DNA of 63,681 nt, filler included, from Squatina squatina (GCA_031763465.1; 3 parts of 3 records of this genome joined end to end with filler, not necessarily neighbours in it), one strand, 5' to 3'. Shown: positions 34,101-47,484, counted from the whole stretch's first letter. Notes: generated from the letters alone by a model not told the origin. Program-made: numbers and translations.

Positions 34101-37100
34101 TGACCAGCTTTGCATTTTGATTATCTTTAAACTTTACCTCAATTTTCTCATAGAAAAGCTCTCAGTAGTAATTGCTTTAACATTTATTCCAGGTCAAGTG
34201 GTTAAGCATGAATAATGATGTGTCAAAACTGTACTGTAATGCTGTCAATAGAGCAATTACCATTTAACTGAAGAGTCAAGAGAGCATATTAGCTGGGCAA
34301 AACAAGCACAAGTAGAAAGGGGAAAAATAGGTGTTTCGAGCTGAAGGTATGTACATGTTGATTTCATTAGAACAGATATTTTGTTAAAATAACAATATTG
34401 CTTCATTCAAATCGATATGAAAAGCAAGGTAAAATGCTTGGAGATGGGGTAATTATTTGCACTAAACATGATAAACTTGAAAAGAACAAGGTACAGTCAC
34501 AGATACTTCTGTTCACAGAGGGTCTTTTATGAGAATCTAATTGAGTGTACATATTGAAGTCAGGTATCGCCACGGTAACCAGGATACAATAGATCCTATT
34601 GAATAGGGTAACGAGGTATATTCATTTGAAGTGATTGAGATTTTCTTTTGAATTTTAGGTAACCTATTAAGCTGAACATATCCCCTNNNNNNNNNNNNNN
34701 NNNNNNNNNNNNNNNNNNNNNNNNNNNNNNNNNNNNNNNNNNNNNNNNNNNNNNNNNNNNNNNNNNNNNNNNNNNNNNNNNNNNNNGTCAAATCCAAGTA
34801 GTCTGCTCACTTTTATTTTATTACTGCTGACTCCAGATAAATGCCTAACTAATCCAAATATAAAATTCTAATTGGCCAGACAACTTCCCATTCGTTCAGC
34901 TAAATATAGAGCGCCTGATTCAATGCTGAGCCTACAATTAAATATTCTCCAATTATCTCAATGTTCAGTTAACTCAATGCAGTTAATTTATTGCTTAATT
35001 TTACAAGAAAACAGGAGCAGACTGTTGCAGTCAAATTCTTTCCCCCTGTAAAATTTCTATGGTCGAAGTTGCTTTAGGCAGACCGAATTGCTGAATGAAT
35101 CATTAAATTGGATGTATGTTGCACACAGATTTGCAGTGAAAAAAATAAACGGTGAATGCTGGAAATCTAAAATAGAAACAGAAAGCCTGAGAAATATACA
35201 GCAGGGAAAACAGCAGTTAAAGAACGAAATGGGTGTTTCATCAGGACTTGGTCTGCAGCTGAATCTTCATCCTGTCTTTTTCTCTTCAGACTTGCTTGTA
35301 CTTCCAGCAGAGTTTATTACAGTGATTTACAAATTAACTTGGATTATCTGACCCAAGAAATATATATATATGTGTGTACTTTGGCAAATGTATTTGCCCA
35401 AAGATAACTGTAAAAATGTGTAAGAAAGGTGAACTCCTGCCCGACACTGTCTGAAATGCAGGACAATCTTTGGTTGGACAGCCCAATTTTGAGCTGGCCC
35501 AATGTCTTGCCCCCTTTATCAGCAAGTTTAGTTGGACATGGTTGCAGATGCAACAAGATGTAACAACAACAAAAGGTTCAGCAGATACTTCACACAGCGT
35601 GCAGCACTTGTCAGATACACGTTGCTGACAATTCAGCTGTGGCATCTTGGATACATCATTATAATAAGACAGGCTTCAACTTTCTAACCAGGGTTTAAAG
35701 TATTTTTATGCAGCTACATCCTTCACCAATATGATGATCTTCGATACGACCCACAAGGCAACATCTTATTCTCCATTTANNNNNNNNNNNNNNNNNNNNN
35801 NNNNNNNNNNNNNNNNNNNNNNNNNNNNNNNNNNNNNNNNNNNNNNNNNNNNNNNNNNNNNNNNNNNNNNNNNNNNNNNACAGTGAAACTCAAATGTTTT
35901 TGGATTGACTGGAATACAGTCTGCAGTTCAGTGACAGATATTTCGACTTAATTATAATGCAATAAATTGGACAAATGAGCCCTTTTGTTGTGTACCTTCA
36001 CTTTATGGGAGGGCAAATCAGGCAACCGGGTAAAGAGATCCAATTCATGGCTCCCCTTCATAGCCCACTCATTAAAATTAATAACTAAAAATTTGAAGGG
36101 CTGAGAATCAGGCTTCCTGATAAAGAGGCTCTGCATGACATTGGACTGAACAGAACTTAGCTTTGCTGGTGTAGGATCTAAAGAGCAGGACATTATTTGC
36201 AACAGCGTTCACTATCTGCAATATATAATAAAGTAATAATTTTACAGGGACAATTAGAAAAACAGTGACAGATAAATGTTATTTGGAAACCTGCCGTTTA
36301 AAGAATGAAGAATGTAAAATTAAATTTCTGGTGTAGCATCTATCATAGTCATAGTTCAACTTTAAAGCATATGGCCATGAAATTATGCTGTGGAATAATT
36401 GCACAAAAGCTTAACAGAGATGTCTGGAATTTCTCTGTTCTCTATTTTAGCCAAGATGTAAATCAATTTAAAATAAATACATTCGCTAAAATAAGGCACA
36501 AAGCAAATTCAGATGTGCACTGTAAGCATTCACATATGCTGTTATCCCAGGATGTGTTTTCAAGGCCCAACGGTAAACCTCTTCATACATACAGGATAAT
36601 ACTTTNNNNNNNNNNNNNNNNNNNNNNNNNNNNNNNNNNNNNNNNNNNNNNNNNNNNNNNNNNNNNNNNNNNNNNNNNNNNNNNNNNNNNNNNNNNNNNN
36701 NNNNNGGGTACGTATTTCTGTAGAGACAGATTAAAGAAAAGGTGTAGTTGTCAGATCGTACAGGGCGAGGTCTGCTTCACAGCAACTTTTGAGATAGAAG
36801 ATGTTATTTTTGGTTGGTCGAACAAACTGTAATGTTTCAATGAGAACAACATTTGCTTACGCTCAGAGGCCATTCAAACTGTGCACCTGACTCCAATACT
36901 CGCAGATCCACAAACACTTATCTGCGGGATTTAACACAATTTTTCACACCTTGCTTTGCTTCTGCCACTGTTAGTATCATGGGTTTTTGTTGCCGCTGAG
37001 CATTTGACCTCATTATTCAGTCTGGCATCACTTGAATCAAACTGACCAGATTGATTTGGGTTTAGAGACCCAAATCCCAGTTCAAACCTAATTTTTCAAT

Positions 37101-37302
37101 TTTTAATTCTTAAATATTACATGGTATCTGAATGAGAGTTTAATTAAAAGTGTATTTGTGGAGAGAGGTTCTTGAGACGAGCAGAAGTCAGATCTGAGGT
37201 AACAAATTATTTAAAAAATAATTGTTTAACTTACTCCCTTTCGTGATTCTTTATTGTTATCTTTGATGTGACAGCTTGTGACAGATGTATAACAGAAGAA
37301 AA

Positions 37303-37429
37303 GATTTATATAGCGCCTTTCATGACCACTGGGTATCACAAAGTGCTTTACAGCCAATGAAGTATGAAGTGTAGTCCCTGTTGCAATGTAGGAAATGTGG
37401 CAGCCACTTTGCGCACAGCAAGCTCCCAC
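37303..37429 (-). mobile_element. SacSINE1/DeuSINE-like SINE, 3' part
   Basis: atttatatagcgcctttcatgaccact...gcgcacagcaagctcccac, truncated by a gap. Confidence 0.78.
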
Positions 37430-38907
37430 NNNNNNNNNNNNNNNNNNNNNNNNNNNNNNNNNNNNNNNNNNNNNNNNNNNNNNNNNNNNNNNNNNNNNNN
37501 NNNNNNNNNNNNNNNNNNNNNNNNNNNNNGACATTTTCAAGCCATCGTTTGTGTTCTGAGGCAAACAGTTAAATTTGATTGTGAAAAGAAAACACAATTC
37601 TTGTTTTACAAAGGTAAAGAGTGGAAAAGCGAGGTAAGAGGAAAAATACTGCAGCAACATGAAAAGCTTGTTTTGCTGGGACCCCCGCTGATTGAGAAGA
37701 GATCAAAGCTCTGGGGGAGACTGAGGAACAGCTGAATGCACGGCATCGAAACAGGGCCTGTGGCAGCTGCTCTGGGCACAAATCTCCGACTCAGGTGCAC
37801 CACAAACTCAGGTCTCTGAAATGAACCAGGGGAGTCGGTTACCTCTTCCCTCCTTCATTATTTCATCTGCAAGTCACTAAGGAGATGCGAGCTCCATCCA
37901 TCACAATGCACAAATTCTCTGTGCACAGATTCAGTTCAGGCCTAATTAAAGACTTTCCTTTCATTTGCAGGGATAATTAGACTTTCATCTCACCAGGAAG
38001 CTTCAAAAAAAAAATCTATTTTTTTAACAAAAGCTACATCAAACAAAAGCAGACTTTAACTGTCTTTTATTCAGGGCACTAGTTAATAAATAAGCTGGCA
38101 CAGTCAACAAGAGGTTTGTGCGACAATGCATGCGACCACTGCTACTTTCATTTAGCCATTGACGAGTGTACAGCACACACGGGGAATATAGACATCCGTT
38201 ATGAAATTAGTTTGTCATAAATAATGAAGAATTTCTTCTAAAGATCAATTAATGCTTTAATCCAGTGAGCACTGAATTCTCCTGGTCATTTGCCGGGAAC
38301 TAAGGGACATTTCTTTGTTCATGGTAATCTCTCAATCAAACTCAAAATCCTTCATTTTTGTAATTAAATGTTATTGTTTTCTTACCGACCTTTCTATTCC
38401 ACGCAATTATTTCCTGAGACTGAAATCCAACAAACTAATTGCTACAATGGTATCACTTTCTCGACTGGGATTGGTGCAAAAGAACTCACCTTTGAATGAT
38501 GTACAAATCCTACTTTGTTGTCAGTTGACTTGTCACCTTGCAGAGCACGAAAGCAACTAGATCTTGTGAAATACCACTTGCAAAAATGACAGGATCTGAG
38601 GCTATTTGAAGCCAAATTGTAAACGATGGCAATGGACCAACAACTGTCTGTCAGCATTTACACACTAATTTGTTTTTCAGCATAAAGGAGGCAAAGTGGT
38701 CAGAATGTGAGATTCAGGGCAACCCCTATAACTCGAGTGAAGTATTCTGATTGACATCCAAGTGGAAGATGACGAGCTAGTTCTGGAATTGCCCGTCATT
38801 GGAATTTNNNNNNNNNNNNNNNNNNNNNNNNNNNNNNNNNNNNNNNNNNNNNNNNNNNNNNNNNNNNNNNNNNNNNNNNNNNNNNNNNNNNNNNNNNNNN
38901 NNNNNNN

Positions 38908-39102
38908 CCGATCTCCTTTCCCTGCCCCTGTAGGTGCTTGAAAACCTCCTGCATTTCTGGCTTTTTTCAGTTCTGATGAAGGGTCATCGACCCGAGACAT
39001 GAACTCTGTTTTTCTTCCCACAGATGCTGCCTGACCTGCTGAATTTTTCCAGCATTTTTTGTTTAGCTTCTAGATTCCAGCATCCGCAGTATTTTGCTTT
39101 TA
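38908..39102 (+). mobile_element. Penelope-like terminal-repeat fragment with degenerate hammerhead motif
   Basis: cagttCTGATGAagggtcatcgacccgagacatgaactctg...cacagatgctgcctgacctgctga...ccagcat; at least 4 related copies in the window. The family assignment is by recognition, not by search. Confidence 0.65.
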
Positions 39103-39715
39103 TGCTAGAGGTTACATAGATTGGGGCAGAAGCCGATTCCACTGATTTTTCGGTCTTCCAAAGTATCATGACAAATTGAATTCCAGGAACGCCATGGCTC
39201 CTCTTGCCCATTCCCATTATGTTGGAAAACAATTATGGGGGCACGTCTGGTGCATTCCTGGGCTTCGCCAGGAATTCTATCACAAGTACAGCATTCTTGG
39301 CCTTGAAAACGCTCCAGCATTACAGAAGTAAATGTTAATTGATCCCTTTGGGACCAATTACCATTGGAGAGTGGCCCCTGTGTTCCTGGACAGGAAAAGG
39401 CAAATTTTTTCCAGATCTCTTTCTTTGGTCCCATCGGGCCTCGGGCTTTCCAGCTTACAGCGGCAGGGTTCCACTCCAAGACATGTTGCCCTGTGGGGCC
39501 GGTGCTTCTGTTGCACCATTGCAGGCACAGGTGCCCATCCCAATTATATAAATCACCCTGGGATATGGGATGGGATCAACGAGGAAGTCCTGCCCACCAA
39601 CTTTCAGCACCTCAANNNNNNNNNNNNNNNNNNNNNNNNNNNNNNNNNNNNNNNNNNNNNNNNNNNNNNNNNNNNNNNNNNNNNNNNNNNNNNNNNNNNN
39701 NNNNNNNNNNNNNNN

Positions 39716-40100
39716 TGCATGCGACCAGCAGCGACCGGCTCCACCACCTGTGGTCCGATGAGGCGCAGCGATCTTTCCTCCAGATCTGAGAGTGGGGTAA
39801 CATCAGCCTCACCTCCTCCAGTCCACTGCTGCTCCATCCGGTTATGTGTGGCCTTGCGCTGCAGAAGAAGACAAAGACTTATGAGAGGCATAAGTGACGT
39901 AGGGTCCCGCAATGTGTGGCCTGACCTTCAGAGAGCTGCATGTGGAAAAGGCACATTACAAGGAGGACAAGCATTAACAGATGTAACCTGAAGCCATTGT
40001 GGCGTCGCTGGAGCATTGCTCAGATTTGTCAGAGAGCAGCGGATAGGAAGGCTGAGCACCAAGGTGTACTTACTTTAACTGCTCAAACTAAGTCATCTAA
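39716..40100 (-). pseudogene. Decayed two-exon Myb/SANT-like (Harbinger ORF2/NAIF1/MSANTD-type) gene fragment in a DNA transposon
   Basis: ...DDLV*AVK|gtaagt (40073) ... cttcttctgcag| (39859) RKATHNRMEQQWTGGGEADVTPLSDLEERSLRLIG. The phase-0 join restores the DLVRxxK-xKxxHNxxExxxTGGG...PLSDLEER pattern of this family. Confidence 0.65.
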
Positions 40101-40369
40101 ATGAAGCGCCTGGCATAAAGTGAGGCTGCACATTGCCTTTAAGGGCTGGTGGAGTCTGGAAAATGAATAGCTCTTGGAATTGGTCACGTTGAGAATGCTT
40201 CTCCCTGTTAGAGCCACAGCTGACCTGAATAGCACCTCCATTAAGCCCCATTAGTGCCGCCACTGATTTTTTTTTTAAAGAGACCAATGCCTCATCACTT
40301 TGCAGGAACCTCAACCCAGCACTAACAGACCTAATGCTGGTATTGTGGCGCTAACCAATTGGGACCCCT

Positions 40370-41030
40370 TGATGTTGAGCCAAAAGAAAGAGATATTAGG
40401 AGGGTTGGACAAAATGTTCTTAAAGGAGAAGAAGGAGGTAAGCAGGTAGAGTGGTTTAGAGAGGGAATTCTAGAGGGTGGAGCCCAGGCAGCTGATAGCC
40501 AATGACAGGGGAAAGGAAGGAGGAATGCACAAGAGGCTGGAATCAGATGAATGGAGAGGTCTGGGGAAGGGTTGTAGCACTGAAGGAGGTTCCAGAGATA
40601 GGGAGAGGCAAAGTCACAAAGGGATTTAAACATAAGGGTGAGAATTTAAATTTTTAAATTTTGGAGGACAGAGGTGATGGGCGAGTCGGACTCAGTGCCG
40701 GCAGCAGAGTTTTAGATGAGCTGAAGTTTGCAGAAAGTGGAGGATGGGAGATCAGCCAAGAGAGCATTGGAGTAATTGAGTCTGGAGGTGATAAAGACAT
40801 GATTGAGGATTTTAGCAACAGATATGCTAAGGGAGGGGTAGAGGGTGGCAATGTTATGGAGGTGGAATTGGGAAATCTTTACAATATACAGGATATGGGA
40901 TTGCAAGCTGAGCTTGGGGACGAATAGGATGCCAAGGTTACGAACAGTCTAATTCAGCTTGAGGCAGTGGAGGTGGAAGAGAATGGATTTAGTGATTAGG
41001 GTATGGAGTTTGTGATGGGGGCTTGAGACA
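40370..41030 (-). mobile_element. L2 LINE ORF2 C-terminal fragment
   Basis: HILYIVKISQFHLHNIATLYPSLS...HVFITSRLNYSNALLADLPSSTFCKLQLI and FKSLCDFASPYLWNLLQ. Confidence 0.85.
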
Positions 41031-41442
41031 AATAGTACTTACATTCGTTTAAACCGACCTCACAAGCTAACTGGAGAAATGTTCCTGCTTCAAAAAAAAA
41101 GTGCCCCTTCGTCTACTGTCGCTCGACCTGTCTAAATTACAGCAGAATTTCCACTGCTGCATTTTCAAATACATGTCAGGAATTTCTGTGCTTGGGGATT
41201 ACATTCTTAGTCCAACAGTCTTCAATGGAAACTGTTTAACTTGTACTGAAGATGATATAAATATTTCTAAGGAAATTCTATTTCTTTTGTAGCATCCCAT
41301 AAAAAGCACTCCCAAGGAAGTCTATAAGGTTCCAATAAGATTATTTTGAAAAGGTTTCACATTTAGTTTAATCTTGCTCAGTGAATCACTAGTTTGCCNN
41401 NNNNNNNNNNNNNNNNNNNNNNNNNNNNNNNNNNNNNNNNNN

Positions 41443-41454
41443 TTAATTAATTAA
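41443..41454. other. Artificial TTAATTAATTAA linker inside an N gap
   Basis: Same construct as 27452-27463. Confidence 0.92.
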
Positions 41455-42599
41455 NNNNNNNNNNNNNNNNNNNNNNNNNNNNNNNNNNNNNNNNNNNNTA
41501 ATAAATTGAGGACCATTAACTAAAATGACAGGCAACCAATAAGCCTCAGTGTAAGGTCAGGCAGGGCTTTGAGATTACGCTGTTAATGGAGGAAATTTAA
41601 ATTTGCTCATATTTCCTATCTTCAGATCAATGCCAGAGTGGCTAAGATGGATTGCTGTGTGCATGCTGCATGAAAAGTCTGGATGTTCTCATATTTCATA
41701 ACTGCCAATCACTGACTGTCACAAACTGACTGCCCCCAATGCAATATCCAACATCTGTGCACAGCCCATATTTAATTTTTGTGTAAGAGAAGATCTGAGC
41801 TACAAATAAAACATGACCCTAGACTGTCAATCAGAAATGAAAGTTTGCAACGTTGAGTAAAGAATTAGGATTCGCACTGAGTGATGACTTTGTACTAAAT
41901 CTCTGCCCATGTTTCTTGGGTGACAGAACATTCACCATCAAAATAATTATCACTGCAATACACTTGCTACAATGGATTGACAAAATTTGTTTTTCTGCTT
42001 CTGGTTCCCTCTCTAGCGAGCCTTTCTCTGCTTTGTGTCATTCTGGAAAGGCTGAACGAAGAGTTGAGACATAACCCTAAAAAGGGGAACAAAACAAAAA
42101 TCAGCAACTCTGCGAAATTAGAATTGGGATACATTTGCCAGTCAAAGCTTGCTAGCATTTTGTTGACGACAATATAATTACGGAATGCCCAAGAGCTCCA
42201 ACTCTCCCTTCTTCCCTGTGATGAAACGCCTGGCCTCTACACAACACCTCTCCCTGACCATTTGGAAAACAGCGGCTCAACCCTGCATCTTACAGGACAC
42301 AGCCATTGGAGCGCTGCTCCAGTGAACAGCTTAGTCATCGGCAAATGTTTTTTGTCTGCACGGTTACAGCCAAGCACCAAAACAGGACCTTACACAAAAG
42401 TAAACTTTAACAAAGGCACAAATAAAAATCTACAGGNNNNNNNNNNNNNNNNNNNNNNNNNNNNNNNNNNNNNNNNNNNNNNNNNNNNNNNNNNNNNNNN
42501 NNNNNNNNNNNNNNNNNNNNNNNNNNNNNNNNNNNNACTCATGTGCAAGAAAAAAAAAATCTGCATCTACGACTAAGAGTAGGACCTCGCAACAAATAA

Positions 42600-43050
42600 A
42601 AAATCTAGCAGCATCATTGCTTGAGAGGTGCCTGGAAAAAGCAGATATTACACCTTTTATTAAAAAAAACAAAGATAGCAAAAGTGGCCCAGGAAACTGC
42701 AGACCTGTGAGCGTGACCTCCATTGGTTTGGTTCTGGAAACCTTTTAAGAGAATATCATGGAGCATCTGGATGAAAACAAAATCATAAGATAGACAATAT
42801 TGGTTCATGAAGGGGCAGTCTTGCAAATCGAATATACTGGTTTCCTTTGAGGCTGTGACAAAGGATGAGCCAGAATAGTGAGATAATCCTGCCAGTTTAT
42901 AAACCACTGGTACAACCTTACTTAGAATAGCATGTCCTATTTTGATCGGCGCAGTATATAGCGGTATTGCAGCTACTGAAAGAATACAGAAGCGAGCAGC
43001 CAGGATGATTGAGGCGATGGAAGGATTTGATTAAGAGGAGCAATTACGTT
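42600..43050 (+). mobile_element. Highly decayed CR1 RT fragment
   Basis: acaccttttattaaaaaaa...ccaggaaactgcagacctgtgagcgtgacctc (P.FKK...PGNxRPVSxTS) and ttcatgaaggggcagtcttgc (FMKGxSC). Confidence 0.65.
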
Positions 43051-43614
43051 GAGAGGTGGCAATTGGTAGATTAATTGCATGATTATTTACAACTTTACAG
43101 CTGAAATTACACCAAATGAAAATTGGTTTTGTAGTGCTGGACTATTCCAGAAAGAGCAACATGGTACTCCAGCAGTGGTTATTCGGCTGGTGATAACTGA
43201 ATGATGTGCCTGATCCCATGAGTTGAGGACTGGTTAGCTCTTCTTAGAACATGGCTGTCGGAATGTATCTTTTTCATTTTAATAAGAGCAATATATATTT
43301 AATACAAATGCTGTAGGCCCTTCAATAAGTTGTTGGGGGTTGTGTGGAATGGTTTAAACAGTACTTTCATATTTAATAAGACATTTCATACTGATGACTT
43401 TAATATGATGATGATGATGATGTTGTTACTGGGTGTGCTCCAGCTGGGATGATGCTTACGGCAGATACTTATTCCTCCCCAAATTCCGAACCATAGGAGT
43501 CAAAGAGATAAACATGTCTTCAACCAGAAGCAAAAGCCTGATAGCTGTTCTAGAACAGTACTTGGCAGAGCGTGTATGTGACTGCTTCACACAGTGGAGG
43601 CAATAGGACCCCAA

Positions 43615-43836
43615 TTCGCACAGCTTAGAGCCTAGGCAGCTGAGGGCATTGCTGCCAACAGTGGAGTGATGCAAAGTGTGGGTGCGCAAGATGTCAGAAT
43701 TGGAGGAGTGCAGAGGTCTCACAGGGCTGAAGGGCTGGAGTAAGTTACTGATCGGGAGGGGCAAGGCCATGGAGGGATTTGAACACAAGAATGAGAATTT
43801 GAAAAATTGAGACATTGCCGTACCGGGAGCCAATGT
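43615..43836 (-). mobile_element. L2 LINE fragment
   Basis: HWLPVRQCLNF..ILILVFKSLHGLAP motif, frameshifted. Confidence 0.8.
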
Positions 43837-46800
43837 NNNNNNNNNNNNNNNNNNNNNNNNNNNNNNNNNNNNNNNNNNNNNNNNNNNNNNNNNNNNNNNN
43901 NNNNNNNNNNNNNNNNNNNNNNNNNNNNNNNNNNNNGCACACTCATTGACGGGCTATTTTCCAGTTTACTTACAACAGAATTACTCACTTCTACTTCTTA
44001 CAACTTATCTACTTTTGTGCCTAAAACCTTGCTTACTCATGTTATTTTACTCCTTCAGGCGATTGAGAGGTGGGTGGCTGGGCCTTTACTGTTGGAGTCT
44101 CAAAGGACTCACGTGATGCTAGTCTCAATGAAGCTGATGTCCTTGAAGGACCTGCTTCTGGCAGAAGCTGCCTTTCACTTTCACTTACAAGGGTGGTCTG
44201 GCATCAGGAGGAGCTGCAAGGAAGGGACGAATATGTCACTGACCCGAAAAGGACAATCCAAGCCAATGAGTCACTGCACTTCAAAATAATTCATTGTATG
44301 TGAAGCATTTTGTGACATTTCTGAGAGATGGAATAAGATGCTAAATAAATACAATGCTGAAAAAAGGACAAATTGACTTTCTACTCCGAGAGAACAGAAG
44401 AAACAGACCAAGGCTCGTAAAGGTTAAATGTATCCACTCTTTCATTGAAGATAAATAGGGATCTTGCTCTTAGGCTTATGTCAGTTTCCGAGGAGGTGCA
44501 TGAGAGCAACTTAGAGTACCTGCCTTTGAGTGTGTCAAATGAGGTCTTGGTCTGTTATAGGTCTACACACCTGAGTTCTCCATCTTTCAGTATTGTACAT
44601 GATAAGCATCTCAGCCTCAGGATAGCCGATGTACAGGTGCAATTGGGTAAGATTACACTGTACATTTGTAGGGAATCCAACCAGGATCTGATTTTTAATC
44701 AGTTCAAACAGGATTCAACATTCTACTCTGATGAAAAAGTGTTAACCTTCCCCCCAACTATTTTCTATATTTTTTTATTTGTCACAACAGCACGTCTGAG
44801 ATCTTTTACTATTTTGAGACGTGGAACTCAAGTTGTTCTATTCATCTATGTTTTTGATATTTCACAGTTTTGTGCTAACTGAAAGCAGTAAAATTCACTA
44901 TTCTATTCCTGGCTGGGACACCCTGGTGTTAGTAACATTGATGTTTTCAAAGCCCTGCATTACGTGCTTTTCCGGCCTTGTCCTCCTCCAGGCTCTTGGA
45001 ATTTTAGGAATGGTGCAATTACATTAGGTAAGACAGTTTGATGGATGAAGGAGTTGAAAGACTAGTTCTCTGTGCAAGTATATGGTTTGAGACTTGTTGA
45101 AAAGCCTGTTACAACCTTCTGACCTCTTTACGGTTATAGTGAGAATGAGGCATTTTTCTAATTTAGTTAATCTAGCTATGTGAGCTTTGTAAATCTTTAT
45201 TGCTGTAGTTGATTATCATATTTACCAACCAGAGGAAAATGTTCCTGATCACAGATTCCTTCCCTAACTCAGGCTAGCCTGAAATACCCATTAAGGTATA
45301 TTACTCCGTACTTGCATATGACATGAAAGCTACAGCACCAGCAAATTCATGACATAGTTTATACTGCTACATATCCTGCAAAGGTCAATGACCAAAGGAA
45401 GACTATTTGTGAATGTGCGACTGCTTCAGTTAGGCACGAGGTACTATTTCAGTTAAGGGTCATAAGTCCTCCTCTGAACAAGGTAGGCGGCAGCACAGTT
45501 GTGTTAAAAGATCCACGTGACTGCTGCTGAAAAGGAGAAGTAATAGTGGTAGAATTTTGTGCATCATGAGATTTGTAAAAATAATGGGGGAGGAGGTTCA
45601 GGCTAAGGTAGACTATGGCCCTGAAATTCCAGGATTGAGGGAAGGTCCACATTGGCTATTAATCTATTGCAGGGCTTGAAATTTCTGAAGTGTTCTGTTA
45701 GAGAACCATCAGGAATAAATTCCATTCAGTTCCAGGGTGCATGCAAGAACAGCCCACACTCACAGTGGCGGCCACATGAAAAAAAAGACTGTTGGTCCAT
45801 CAAGCATGTTCCACCCAAAGAAAATTGAAGTGATAAACCACATACACTGAAATACAGTATTTTCACCAAAACACACCATATGCGCTGAGAGTAAGGATGG
45901 GATGACATCATCTGTCCCAAAGCCAATAACTTCTGCCTTCATATCTGCCTTTGAGAATGAAAAGGCATTCGGTTAAAGGGGAATTGCTCAACTGAGATTG
46001 CTTGTGGAGACTTGGACCACATCTTGGGGCTCATTGCAGGTGTTGCACCAAACAAGTTACTGTCGCCCACAGGAAGCCATCCCCTACATTCTGCATTAAC
46101 CGTTCATTCTCTTCATTCTCTTTCAACTCAATTACTGTGCTGGGATACGAGTACTGCACAATGGGCTTCCCAGTCGGAATCCCACTTTATCTGATCGATA
46201 TACGCTGGAGGAGGAGGAGGAGGAAGATGGAGGCTGTAAGGGGAGCCAGATTAATCAGGTCGCACCAGAGGAGAACCAGCCCATCCCAGCTCAACCCTTC
46301 CAGCAGGAACTTTAGACCCAGGTGCACTTTTCAAGACGTTCCCACATTTGTATTCTATTCCCCTATTTTATCAATATCCCTTTGGAGTTTCCTTTGGTCT
46401 TATAAAGAAATAACTATACTTCCCATTTTGGTATCATCTGCAAATTTCAACATCACTCCCTCTAGGTCTACATCCAAATCCTTGATATAGATGGTGAGCA
46501 GAAATGGCTCCAGAACTGAAGCTTGTGGCATACCATTTCCCACTTCCAGCCACTCTGAAAAACTGCCCTTAACTCCCAGAGCGTGATTTTAAGCCTACCT
46601 GCCTGGCAGAAACCGGGAGGGTGGCAAGTTAAAATGTCCAGGTTGACTTAACTGCCGATTTCCTGCCTGCCTTGAGCCAATCCTAATTTTAACCTGCCCA
46701 CCTGAGCAGATGTCAAAGACACTTGCCTGAAGCTGATGGGGTCCTTCTTTAACTATTCAGATTGGGGTCCATTGATGCCATCAGGCTCCGACTGCAATTT

Positions 46801-46957
46801 TAACTTGGGGCTTGAGCAGGGAATCCGGGGTGGTTTTTCCGTCAGGATGAAGCTGGTCAGAAGAGGTGCTGAAAGGTCCGTTTTTTACTTTTCTTTCTGA
46901 GACCAGAGGATTTCTCTGCTGGGCTCCACAAGGAAAGTTTAGGCCTCAATTTTTAAA

Positions 46958-47193
46958 AATTCATTCCTGGGATGTGGGCGTCGCTGGTAAGACCAACATT
47001 TATTGCCCATCCCTAGTTGCCCTTAAGAAGGTGGCGATGAGCCACCTTCTTACAACTGAATGGTTTGCTAGGCCATTTCAGAGAGCAGATAAGAGTCAAC
47101 TACATTGCTGTGGGTCTGGAGTCACATATAGGCCAGATCAGGTAAGGATGGCAGATTCCCTTCCCTAAAGGACATTAGTGAACCAGATGGGTT
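46958..47193 (-). mobile_element. CR1-clade LINE 3' end (same family as 22595)
   Basis: attcattcctgggatgtgggcgtcgctggtaagaccaacatttattgcccatcccta...agagtcaactacattgctgtgggtctggagtcac. Confidence 0.8.
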
Positions 47194-47293
47194 NNNNNNN
47201 NNNNNNNNNNNNNNNNNNNNNNNNNNNNNNNNNNNNNNNNNNNNNNNNNNNNNNNNNNNNNNNNNNNNNNNNNNNNNNNNNNNNNNNNNNNNN

Positions 47294-47481
47294 CCTATCA
47301 GACCTTCCCTTCTGCTCTTTCTCCCCTCCCCACTTCCCCCGCCTCTGCAGGTGCTTAAAATCCTGCTACAATTCTAACTTTTTCCATTTCTGATGAAGCA
47401 TCATCGACCTGAAACATTAACTCTGTTTCTCTCTCCACAGATGCTGCCTGACCTGCTGAGTTTTTTTCTAGCATTCTGTTT
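47294..47481 (+). mobile_element. Penelope-like terminal-repeat fragment with degenerate hammerhead motif
   Basis: atttCTGATGAagcatcatcgacctGAAAcattaactctgtttctctctccacagatgctgcctgacctgctgag. Confidence 0.65.
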
Positions 47482-47484
47482 AAA

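Noticed and set aside
41043-41090. Exon-like segment ending ...GLNE|GTAAGT on the minus strand
   Set aside because: No similarity to the expected DCC exon, and joining it to the TM exon (T+AG) would create a stop.
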